DNA of 64,000 nt from positions 6,510,001 through 6,574,000 of the forward strand of contig NC_043016.1 of assembly GCF_006345805.1 (NCBI RefSeq), given 5' to 3'. Source of the stretch: Octopus sinensis. Its lineage: Eukaryota. Positions 1 to 10,791 of the stretch are shown piece after piece. The position numbers and the translations under genes are program-made. Below the pieces are notes generated by a model. The model worked only from the letters and a program-made list of their open reading frames with translations, was not told the origin of the DNA and searched no databases. The first letter of the stretch is position 1. Every line of letters starts with the position of its first letter.

Positions 1-90
1 ACTTATTATCAGAAACAAACTCGTTTTTAATCAAAAATTTATTAAAACATATCCCAGCACACACACATAATTATTATTAATCGTGAAAAT

Positions 91-618
91 TTAGTCATAT
101 CTTGTTGCTCCTCCTTTGGCAGCAATGACAGCTGCTAACGCGGGCCGGCATGCTGTCTATGAGTGCCTGCAGGTACTGTGGCAGGGATGGCCCCTCATGC
201 AGCAAGAAGTGCCCCAAACAGCTCGTGTCGGTTCCTGTATTGCTGCACATTCAAATCCCTACCCATCGACTCCAAGAGGTTCTCAATAGGGTTCAGGTCA
301 GGTCAGGGATGGCCAGGCCAGTCCATGACCGTCACCCCATGGTCCTTGAAGAAACGCGGTGTGTGAGCTTGGCTGTGTGGGAAAGGCGCGTTGTCCTGCT
401 GGAGCATGTACTCCTCGCCACCAAAGAGGTATCCTGTACTATCCCAACGTACTTTGCTGCGTTGATGTTGCCTTTGACGGCATAGAGCCACCCAACACCA
501 CTGTAGCTGAACGCCCCTCACACCATCAGACCACCCCCACCATGCTTCATGGTGGGAGCATGCAGTCTTTGTTGAAGTGCTCACCCCTGCGGCGTCGCAC
601 ATGGACAGGCTTGTCACT
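91..618 (-). pseudogene. Tc1-family DDE transposase, C-terminal two-thirds, decayed
   Basis: Manual minus-strand translation across frameshifts: VHVRRRRGEHFNKDC..KHGGGGLMV*GAFSYSGVG, QQDNAP, VMDWP..PDLNPIEN, AVIAAKGGATRYD*; runs into the gap at 619. Confidence 0.9.
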
Positions 619-718
619 NNNNNNNNNNNNNNNNNNNNNNNNNNNNNNNNNNNNNNNNNNNNNNNNNNNNNNNNNNNNNNNNNNNNNNNNNNNNNNNNNN
701 NNNNNNNNNNNNNNNNNN
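619..718. other. Assembly gap (100 N)
   Basis: N run. Confidence 1.
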
Positions 719-790
719 AATCGACTTAATCCGTTTGTCTGTCCTGTTTGTGCCCCTCTATGTTGAGCCCCTTGTGGGCAGTAAAGAATA
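719..790 (+). mobile_element. 3' fragment of tRNA-derived SINE family S3
   Basis: Matches the tail of the copies at 40382-40609 and 49179-49411 (atcgacttaatcc..tgtctgtcc..gccccttgtggg..gtaaagaa). Confidence 0.75.
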
Positions 791-1254
791 TATATTTATA
801 CACAACTGTAAGAATGTACATCTTATGCACACACCCATACATGCAGGTGCTAATTCACATATATTCACATACACACAGTCATACAACCAATAACGCACAC
901 ACACACACAAACACAAACACACACTGGCCAGGCTTCTGTCAGCTTCCAAGTCCCTACTAAGGTCCCCCAGACACCAAGGCATCACCAGCTTCCTGTGCTG
1001 CCATGTGGTCCAAGAAATTCTCCTTTCTAATGCAACTGGTGTCACTAAAATGATGATCTCATTTCTAATAACACCATGTGACCAATCTTGACCAATAGCA
1101 GTTCATTTTCCCATCTTGGACATACTGTATTTCTCCATTTAAGCGACACAAACCCCTTGCCCAAACACATATAAAATATAAATCATAAACAGTATCATTC
1201 AGTCTGCTGTGATAAATCTACAAACAAACATACAAAATATCTAAGGGTATATTT

Positions 1255-1326
1255 TCCCTCTCAAGGGATTATGCTCAGGAATATTCAATTAATTTCACAA
1301 TGTATAATTGAAACAGCTGTAAGGGA
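1255..1326 (+). ncRNA. Degenerate type-I hammerhead ribozyme motif
   Basis: Stem I tccct/aggga; core CTCAAGG (two changes from CTGANGA); stem II attatgc/gtataat; GAAAC-AGCT-GTA; followed by CTCCATTTTCTTATT (1374-1388) and (TA)n. Confidence 0.55.
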
Positions 1327-1394
1327 TAATGATCAATTTGTTGCTGATAATAAACTCTTATTAACCTAACAATCTCCATTTTCTTATTCTTCTT

Positions 1395-1433
<39 letters not shown>

Positions 1434-1435
<2 letters not shown>

Positions 1436-1836
1436 TAGCAGTATCGCCCGGCGTTGCTCGGGTTCGTAAGGGAGATAACTATATAAGCATTTTTAGAGAG
1501 TTATAGCCAAAAAATAGCAAAAAAATGCATTAAAAATGGAAAAAAAATTATGGTAAATTTGTTTTAAAATCGTTGACTCATCGTAGACATTTATAGAGAG
1601 TTACTTCCCCTATATAATAGCGGAAAAATGCATTAAAATGGGAAAAATGATGGTAATTTAAAAAAAAAATCGTAGACTCATCGTAGACGCGCGCTAATAC
1701 CCAGAAGGGCTCGATATGAATCACGACTATAAGATACCCGGTTTTGGTTAAACTGCACCGCAAAATGTGGGAGTAGTTAGGAATCTAAATCGAAGGGGAC
1801 AGACACTCACACAACTACAGTTTTATATATAAAGAT
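1434..1836 (+). mobile_element. Non-autonomous Helitron/Helentron-type (HINE-like) element, copy 1
   Basis: Starts ACTAGCAGTATCGCCCGGCGTTGCTCGGG, ends TTTTATATATAAAGAT, sits in (TA)n, internal tandem duplication; near-identical inverted copy at 5601-6001. Confidence 0.6.
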
Positions 1837-2428
1837 ATATAATAAAACAATACTGGGAGGATAAGAAACGGAACGAAGCGAAGAATCGAACGAACCCGAC
1901 GCGAAGCGCTGACAGACAATAGTGTAATAAATAAAATATATGCATACATACAAACATATATGTACCTACCTACATCTACATGTATAATACATGCATATAT
2001 AAATATATATACGTAAGTACAGGACACCACAAAAAGACGTAGAACTCAACAGAAACGAAAACGGAAAAGCCATTTTTTTTTTACAACAGAAAGACAGAGA
2101 CGTGGAACAGGACGCGAACGAAAACGGGAAAAAAAACATTATTTACAACAGAAAAACAAGGTACAGGACAAGCTACACAAGGAAAATCCCCAATCATCAG
2201 CTTCGCTAGTAGATTAAGCGTGTTTCGAAGGCAAGACAGGACACGACTCGTCAATACTAGGCCTTCCTGCGAAAGTGTGATCGTTACCAGCATCGCCTTA
2301 CTGGCACTTGTGCCTATGGCACGGGAAAAACCATTTGACCGAGGTTGTTACGAGTGCCACTGGACTTTATATATATATATATATATATACACATATATAT
2401 GTATATATGTATATATATGTATATATGC

Positions 2429-2467
<39 letters not shown>

Positions 2468-3246
2468 AGAACAAAGTGTATGTACGCTGTTAAATATATA
2501 TATAAAATAAAATACAAAATGGGACAAGAACGCAAAACACCCGGACAACTAGGTGATACAAAAAGGGACAATAAAACATCCAGATAGACGATACAAACAA
2601 TAAAAAAAAAGGACGGGTCATTTGAAACTTTTTATCCTCAGTCAAGAACCGGATCATCCTTGCAATTTCGGTTGATTAATATCGAGATTGTTCCAATTTG
2701 GCCAGCCCCAAGGAAAACCTAAGCTAAGAGCATTAGATTCTCTGGAAAAGCATCGAATGTATACGAAACAAGGACGGAAAAACAGACGATGTTACACGAA
2801 TATAAATCCCCCCCCAAATGATACGAATATAAACACAAAAAACAACAACAACAACAACAATAATAATAACACTAATAACAGGGCATAACAACAGGCGTCT
2901 TTCGACTGGAAACGAGTTGAATTCAGCTGGCGTATTGAGAATAAGCCTTACGGCAGACGAAAAGAACGATGTTACTGTCAGCCAGTGGTCACGTGAGAAG
3001 AGAAGAGAGAGAGAAAAAGAGGAACAAGGAATTAAGGAGGGGGAGAAGAAAGAGAGCGTGTAGATCGAAGAATCAAGGATTGGCGAGAAAAAAGAAAGAC
3101 GGACAGTGAAGAGCAAAGTAAGAAAGGCAAAGAATTGTGAGAGAGGATGGAGAGAGAGAGTGTGTGTGGCTGAAGTCGTACAAAGCTTAGTGAAATGTGT
3201 ACTTACATATAAGAGAACAAAGTGTACATACGCCGCTATATATATA

Positions 3247-3286
<40 letters not shown>

Positions 3287-3313
3287 ATATATATGTATGT
3301 ATGTATGTATGTG

Positions 3314-3357
<44 letters not shown>

Positions 3358-3359
3358 TC

Positions 3360-5237
3360 CGTCCGTCCGTCCGTCCGTCCGTCACCGACATGGACGCCAG
3401 TCAAGCAGCGCTGGCATCTGCCACGTTCGGATGGTGCTTTTAACGTGTCACCAGCATGGGTACCTTAACTACAATTTCCATTTGATTTTCATTTTGATGT
3501 TGGTGTTAACGTTCTTGACTCAGTAGGTCTCCTCAAGAAAAGTGGGTCACTCTTCGATCCAAGGTTAGCACAGCAGGCCGTCCTGCGAGACATGAACTCA
3601 CTTCATTTGTCGGGTCTTCGCAGTCACACCATATCTCAGTGGTCTCGGTCTTCGTCATTTCCTCTGTGCGACCCTACGTGCCACTGGCACGGGTATCACG
3701 ACTACAATATGAACTCACTTCATTTGTCGGGTCTTCACAGTCACACCATATCTCAGAGGTCTCGGTCTTCGTCATTTCCTCTGTGAGGCCCTACGTGCCA
3801 CCAGCACGGGTGTCACAACTACAATATCCATACGATTTCTATTTTGATGTTGAACTAGACACAATAGGTCTCCTCAAGCCCAACAGGCCATCCTGCAAGC
3901 CATGAACTCACTTCATTTGTCGGGTCTTCGAAGTCACAGCGTATCTCCAGAGGTCTCGGTCTTTCGTCATAGCCTCTGTGAGGCTCATCATACGAAGGTC
4001 ATGCTTGACCACCTCGTTCCATGTCTTCCTGGGTCTACCTCTATCCCGTATTCCTTCAACAGTTTGGGAGTGGCACTTCTTCACACATCTCTCCTCATCC
4101 ATCCGCAGTACATGACCATACCAACGCAAACGTCTCTCCAGCACACTGCATCCAATGCTTCTTATGCCCAACATTTATCTCAGGGCGCTTACACTCTGTC
4201 GTGCACGGACACTGACATTACACATCCAACGGATCATGCTAGCTTCATTTCTTTCAAGCCTACGCATGTCCTTTGCAGTCACAGCCCATGTTTCACTGCC
4301 GTGAAGCATGGCAGTTCGCACACATGCATCATACAATCTACCTTTCACTCTGAGCGAGAGACCCTTTGTCGCCAGTAGGGGAAGAAGCTTCCTAAACGTT
4401 GCCCAGGCTATTCGTATTATAGTGGTAACACATTCTGAACATCCACCCTCGCTACTAACTTGGTCACCTAGGTAGCGGAAACTATCAACTACTTCTAGTT
4501 TCTCCCCCAGGAGTGTAATTGGAATCTGTTTTCTGAGTATCAATAATGTCTATTGCCCCTGTGCATCTGCCGCACATGAAAGCTATCTTCCTGGTTAATC
4601 TTCCTTTGATGTTACTGTACCAATTACGTGTCCATAGCTTACACTGGGTACATCTTATGGAGTTTCTACCTACACCTTTTCTACAGATCGAGCAGGGCCA
4701 CCTACCTGAAGGGGTGTGTGGTGAGTTTGCCTTCCTACTTACTAGAACTTTGGTCTTTGCTACATTGACTCTAAGGCCTTTTGATTCTAAACTTAGCTTC
4801 CACTCACGAAATTTCTTCTCTAGTTCCAGTAGTGATTCTGCTACGAGGGCTAGGTCATCAGGATAGAGGAGCTTCCAGGGGCAACCCGCCTTGAATTCCT
4901 CTGTTATTGCTTTGTGGACTATGATGAATAGAAGGGGGACTGAGGGCTGAGCCTTGATGGGCGCCAACTTCTATCCGGAATTCTTCACTGTACTCATTGC
5001 CAATCCCAACCTTACTAACAGCCTCTTTGTAAAGGGCCTGCATAGCCCTTATTAACCATTCGTCAATCTCCAGTTTCCGCATCGCCCACCAGATAAGGGA
5101 TCGGGTGACCCAGTCAAAGGCTTTCTCCAAGTCCACAAAAGCTAAGTATAGGGGTTCATCTTTGGCTAGGTATTTCTCCTGCAGTTGTCGAACCTGGAAT
5201 ATAGCATCAGTGGTGTATCTACCCGGCACGAAACCGG
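3360..5237 (-). mobile_element. RTE-clade LINE, 5'-truncated (RT, Cys-finger, C-terminus, 3' UTR), copy A
   Basis: Frameshifted ORFs 4858-5229, 4485-4967, 4175-4543, 3908-4174 with STTDAIF-like, LAFVDLEKAFD, HQGSALSP, LLYPDDL, FRYLG, RWYGHV, GRPRKTW; tandem duplications in the 3' UTR (3591, 3708, 3901). Confidence 0.92.
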
Positions 5238-5257
5238 GTGTTTGTATGTGCGTGTGT

Positions 5258-5580
5258 GGAAGCGCGTGGTTTGGTGGTTAGGGGCATTCACCTCATGATC
5301 ATAAGGTCATGAGTTCAATTCCCGGTGATGCATTGTGTCCTTGAGCAAGACACTTTACTTCACGTTACTCCAGTCCGCTCAGCTGGCAAAAATGAGTAGG
5401 TACCCGTATTTCAAAGGGTCAGCCTTGTCAGACTCTGTATCATGCTGAATCACCTTGAGAATTATATTAAGGGCACGTGTGTCTGTGGAGTGCTCAGCCA
5501 CTTGCACGTTAATTTAATGAGCAGGTTGTCCTGTTGATTGGATCAAGTGGAAACATCATCATCGTAACTGACGGAGGGCC
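5258..5580 (+). mobile_element. tRNA-derived SINE family S1 (CORE-like central domain)
   Basis: A-box-like tggtttggtggttagg, B box gagttcaattccc, ttgtgtccttgagcaagacac core; inverse copy at 61453-61823. Confidence 0.85.
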
Positions 5581-5600
5581 ATTTATATATATATATATAT

Positions 5601-5999
5601 ATCTTTATATATAAAAGTAAGGTTGTGTGTCTGTCTCCTACAATTTAGATTCCTAACTACTCCCACATTTTGCGGTGCAGTTTAACCAAAACCGGGTATC
5701 TTATAGTCGTGATTCATATCGAGCCCTTCTGGGTATTAGCGTGCGTCTACGATGAGTCAACGATTAAAAAAAAACATTTACCATCATTTTTTCCCATTTT
5801 AATGCATTTTTTCGCTATTATATAAGGGAAGTAACTCTCTAAAAATGTCTACGATGAGTCAACGATTTAAAAAAATATTTACCATCATTTCTTTTCCATT
5901 TCTAATGCATTTTTTTGCTATTTTTTGGCTATAACTCTCTAAAAATGCTTATATAGTTATTTCCCTTACAAACCCGAGCAACGCCGGGCGATACTGCTA

Positions 6000-6001
<2 letters not shown>
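5601..6001 (-). mobile_element. Non-autonomous Helitron/Helentron-type (HINE-like) element, copy 2
   Basis: Reverse complement of 1434-1836, same termini. Confidence 0.6.
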
Positions 6002-6047
<46 letters not shown>

Positions 6048-6541
6048 CATAACTATCTATCCGACTGTTTATCTGTCTGTCTGTTCGTCCGTCCATGTGC
6101 CTGTCTATCTGCACAGGATCAAGGAAAGTTGTGTGCTTAAGAAGTTTAATTCACAATTATGTGGCTGTGTTCTTGTACTGTAACTTTAGGTTGACAAATG
6201 TATTAGAGATAGAATTGGTAAACGGAAAAGAAGTGGGAGGTATTGTACATACATACACACATACAGTTAAATACTTATATACATGCATATATGTACACAT
6301 ACATACACATATCGATGCACACACAAGCACACATGTATACATACACACATACTCTCATCTATAATAAATTTATACATACATACACGCATACATCGTGCAT
6401 CCATCCATTCACACATACATACCTGTACTTCTTTACCCCCCCCCGGCCATACATTTTTTATTCTCTTGTTTTTCTCTTGATAGAGGTATCTTTTCCATCA
6501 TAGCCTCTTACCACTTGTTGTGGCCCCTTTTCATCTTGTTT

Positions 6542-6962
6542 GGGATCTTTTCGGTTTGAACGGCAGTTTTTTCTAGCGGTGTCATATGAAATTGTCACCC
6601 ATAATTATGACCCTAGAATCGATCTATTGCATTTCAATCTCTTTTAGGGTTAGGGTTAGGGGTGGGGGGAAGGGTATCTTTTTTTTCCTTCACAAATGTA
6701 AATAAACCCAATCTGTTTCTTAAACGAGGAACATATTCATACGGCACAGAATGTTTTTCACCTCAATAGACGTCATTGATTGGTTGAAATTGCAGAAATT
6801 GAAGAAAAAAACAGCAAATATCTTACAAAACTATAGAATTTTCTCAATAAAGCCAAGAGAAAAAGATGTTTTGTAAACACATTCTACCAGTAAACGAAGT
6901 TTAAAATTCTTTAGTTACCTGGAAATTATGTTACAAACTGCCGGTCAAACCGAAAAGATCCT
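6542..6962. mobile_element. MITE with ~28-bp TIRs and 8-bp TSD
   Basis: TIR GGGATCTTTTCGGTTTGA(A/C)CGGCAGTTT at both ends; TSD TCTTGTTT at 6534-6541 and 6963-6970. Confidence 0.85.
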
Positions 6963-7002
6963 CTTGTTTGTGAGGCTCAGTTATTTATAACACGCCATGT
7001 AC

Positions 7003-7034
7003 GAAGCCCATCGCATATATTTGTGTGTGTTTGT

Positions 7035-7066
<32 letters not shown>

Positions 7067-7295
7067 ATTTGTATTGCTGTGTTTATCTCCCCGGCACCAC
7101 TTGACAAACAATATTGGTTTGTTTATGTCTCATCGGCTGAACAGTTCGTTGGAAATAAGAGAAAATGATTGAATAACTGACAGATTTCAAAAAAACAAAA
7201 AACAAAATAAAAAAGAAAATATTGGCCTTGATTTATTCACTGAAACTTTCAAGATAGTGCTCCAGTATGGCCGCATTCACTGTAACAAGTAAAGG
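7003..7295 (+). mobile_element. Degenerate 3' part of SINE family S2
   Basis: gaagccc, (TG)n, cacttgacaa, gtgctccagtatggccgca match the S2 copies at 56-58 kb. Confidence 0.6.
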
Positions 7296-7714
7296 GATGT
7301 AAAAAAAATACGAGTGCGTGCTTATAATCAGATTTAGCTTGCTGCAGGTATGACTGAGTTATCTCCCTTCACTCGAATAACAGTTTTATTCAATTTACGG
7401 AAAATTGATAAATTCCGACGGTTAATTCGACTTAAATGAATAAAATAATAATGAATCGAACAACGTAGTTCTGTATACAATATCATTTGTATGTTATCTT
7501 TTATTTGTTTCGGTCATTTGACTGCAGCCACGCCGCAGCACCTACTTTTAGGGTTTTTAGTTGAAGAAGTTAACACGCAGAACTATTTTTTGAAGTCTGC
7601 TGCCCGCTGTGTTGGTTTCTTTTGCTAAACTGCTAAGTTGTCAAGAAGTGTTTTCGTGCGCAGGCGTCTGTTTCTATACATACAAACATTTGTACATCTA
7701 TGCACAATCTTCAT

Positions 7715-8095
7715 GTATGTATGTATGTATGTGTGTGTGTGTGTCTATGTATGTATGTATGTATGTATGTATGTATGTATGTATGTATGTGTGTGTATGT
7801 ATGTGTGTGTATGTATGTATGTGTGTATGTAAGTATGTATGTGTGTATGTATGTGTGTGTGTATATATGTATGTATGTATGTATATGTATGTATGTGTGT
7901 ATGTATGTAAGTATGTATGTATGTATGTATGTATGTATGTATGTATATATGTATGTATGTATGTATATATGCGAGTGTGTATGTATGTATGTATGTATGT
8001 ATGTATGTATGTATATAATGTATGTATGTATGTATGTATGTATGTATGTATGTGTGTGTGTGTGTGTGTGTGTATGTGTGTGTATTGGTACAGAT
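7715..8095. repeat. (TATG)n/(TG)n compound microsatellite
   Basis: Direct reading. Confidence 0.95.
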
Positions 8096-8155
8096 TTGTA
8101 TGTTTTGTTTTATATATGTCTTCTCATGCATATCTAGACATACTCATATATATAT

Positions 8156-9070
8156 TTAAATGATAAACTTCTGGAAAGTTTTACAGATTTTTACAGTTCT
8201 AGTGATGAATTGGATCTGTAGTCTTCGAATCAGCTTTCTCCTTTCTAGTTTTGAAAAGCCTAATTTCTCAAGATTGGTATTTAGGCAGAGTGTTACATAT
8301 TCCAGGGCTCCATTAATTACATGTATAAACCTGAACTTGTAATTTGGATAGAGTAACTGTAAATTTCTCAATAGTTCAACATAGGAGTTCTTTTTTTCAC
8401 TGATCTTCAGCTTTATGTTAACATCCGCTAATTTCCACAACTCTGCACAGTTTCTCTTCTCAATCCCAAATCATTATATCAGGTACATTTTATTGGGCTC
8501 TTCACCTGTACTCCTTTTTATCATGAGTGGCTATGGCTTCTACTATACTGTGGGTCTTATTTCTTTGTTCTTGGGGTTATCCTTCCGACGGATTTCATTA
8601 TAGAGTGTCCTAGTTACAGCATCATGTATCATCGGTTGATAATACTGTGATGATATTTTTGGACAACTGATTATGATGTGGGTGATATCTTTGGAGTGAA
8701 TTCTACAAAGTCTGCATCGGTTGTCACATTTTATTGCTTTTCCTGCATCTCTATCCCTTTTGAGCATTAGGTACTTGGTTGATATTTCTTGTTCCTAGAT
8801 TACAAAAGTGGGAGGTAGGAATCCAGCTATTGGTCCATGATAAACTGCTTTGATGGTTGATGTTACTAATCATCTCGGAGCTTTCTACTAACATATCCAT
8901 GCATAGTCTTCTGTTCATATACGCTCATCCTTTCAGCTGATATGTTGCAGTTGAGTATTGCGACTTCCTTGGGCTTGTATTCTAGGTTATCAGACAAAGA
9001 ATGTTGCTCAAGGAGCTGCCTTTCACATCTTACAATATTATTAGTCTCATGTAAGCAAACTTGGTCAAGG
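8156..9070 (-). mobile_element. R4-related non-LTR retrotransposon 3' end (CCHC knuckle + restriction-like endonuclease), decayed
   Basis: EQEISTKYL, CRLC..DITHIIISC..Y..HDAV, PDIMIWD..VVEIS..ADVNIKLKISEK..Y, ..RTVKICKTF*. Confidence 0.8.
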
Positions 9071-9109
9071 GATGTCTGTCTGTCTGTATGTATGTATGTA
9101 AGTATGTAT

Positions 9110-9370
9110 GTTTGTATCCATCTATCCATCTATCTCTTTTTTCTTCTTTGTATTTGTGTCAATAAATATACAAAGACACACACTCACTCCACCACCACAC
9201 ACACCTCATACTTCTCTCAGTTCCCTTCTACCAAACCCACTCACAAGGTATTAGCCAGCCATATGCTATAGTAGAAGACACCTGCCCAAGATACCACACA
9301 GTGGGACTGAACCTGAAACCATGTGAATTGGAAGCAAACTTCTGACAACACAGCCACACCTGTCAGTGCC
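9110..9370 (-). mobile_element. SINE family S2 head region
   Basis: agaagacacctgcccaag..cagtgggactgaacctgaaaccatgtg..acacagccac (reverse of the tRNA head). Confidence 0.7.
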
Positions 9371-9845
9371 TCGGCCCATTTAAAAGCACCCTTCAATCGC
9401 TGGGTAATATTCTGTGCTTGAGAATACATGTTGAGTCAAGTAAAATCATAGTCATGGATGATGCCAGTGCCGCCCGACTGGCACCTGTGCTGGTGGCACG
9501 TAAACTGCACCATCTGAGTGTGGCTGATGTCAGTGCCAGTGGCACATAAAAAGCACCATTTGAGTGTGGTCAATGCCTGTACCACCTGACTGGCTCATGT
9601 AAAAATCACCATTTGAGCACAGTTGATGCCAGTGCTGTCTGACTGGCCCCCATGCTGGTGGCATGTAAAAAGCACGCACTACACTCTCAGAGTAGTGGGT
9701 GCTAGGAAGGGCATCCAGCTGTAGAAACCTTGCCTTATAAGATTGGAGCCTGGTGCAGCCACCTGGTTTGCCAGTCCCCAATCAAACTGTCCAACTCATG
9801 CCAGCATGGAAAGCGTACCTTAAACGATGATGACAATGATGATGA
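9370..9845 (+). mobile_element. RTE 3' UTR/tail-derived element
   Basis: tggcac..aaaagcacc repeats, aggaagggcatccagctgtagaaa, catgccagcatggaaagcg, (ATG)n tail. Confidence 0.75.
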
Positions 9846-10399
9846 AAGAGAGGGAAACCCAGGAAGACATGGTATGGAGTGGTAAGGACCGATCTCAGGA
9901 AGCTGGACCTCATGGAGGAAATGACAATGGACCAAGATGTCTGGTGATATGAATTTCTTGAGAAGACCTGCCCACATCAGCAAAACTGACATCTAGAAGC
10001 ACTGTGTATCCCACCCACACTTAACAGGAAAACTTCTCACACACTCTACCACAACAAACCAAACTATGTCTCTACATCTCTTCTCTTCCTCACATTTCCT
10101 CCATCATGCTTATCTCTCACTCCTCAATTCTGTCCACATGGCCCTGTTTCTCTGTATCATTGCTATCCAGTACCTGGTTGGTTCTTGTCAAATCATCCCA
10201 TCTATGCCAGCAAGGAAGGCAGACATTAAATGATGATGATGAAAGACCTAATTTGGTCATAAATGACCCAGAAAGCTACCCTTCAAAGCAGAAGTGCCGG
10301 CAAGGTTGTTTATGGAAGACCAGCAGTTGGCCCTGCATACCAGCCTCCTCTCTTAAGGCAACCGATGTTATCCAAGGGAAAGGCAAAGGCTGATACAGC

Positions 10400-10562
10400 T
10401 TGAGACCAGTGACATCACAACTCATTTCTACAGCTCAATGAAGTGAAGTAACGTAAAATAAAGTGTCTTGCTTAAGAACACAACACACAGCCTGGTTTAG
10501 GAGAAGAACTCATTATCTCATGATTGTGAACCTTATGCTCTAACCTCTGAGCCATGCGCCTT
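10400..10562 (-). mobile_element. SINE S1-type head, degenerate
   Basis: gtgtcttgcttaagaacac..ctaacc..tgagccatgcgcc. Confidence 0.55.
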
Positions 10563-10791
10563 CACATACACGCACACACGTACACACACACATACACGCA
10601 CACACGTACACACACATACACGCACACACACTCTGAGCCATGCAATTCACGCACACGCACACACACACATGTATACACACACACACACAACATACACACG
10701 CACACACACACATGCACACACGCACGCAATGTATTTTACACCTCCCAAATTTTCTCACAAGAAGATGTGATAGATACCTGTCCAAGATGCT

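Noticed and set aside
260-420. Apparent DD36E spacing in the Tc1 relic
   Set aside because: Frameshifts and a stop lie between D and E, so the spacing cannot be counted.
2185-2262. HHR-like words on the minus strand (TTGACGAG..CGAAACACGCTTA..CTGATGA)
   Set aside because: No convincing stem II, non-palindromic stem III, and the intact CTGATGA has no downstream GAAAC.
2605-2680. CTGAGGA..AAATGACCCGTC on the minus strand
   Set aside because: GAAAC is absent and stems do not form.
7609-8163. YV/CM/HT/YI/II-rich ORFs here and at 26.5, 30, 44.6, 47.5, 57 and 62.4 kb
   Set aside because: Translations of microsatellites.
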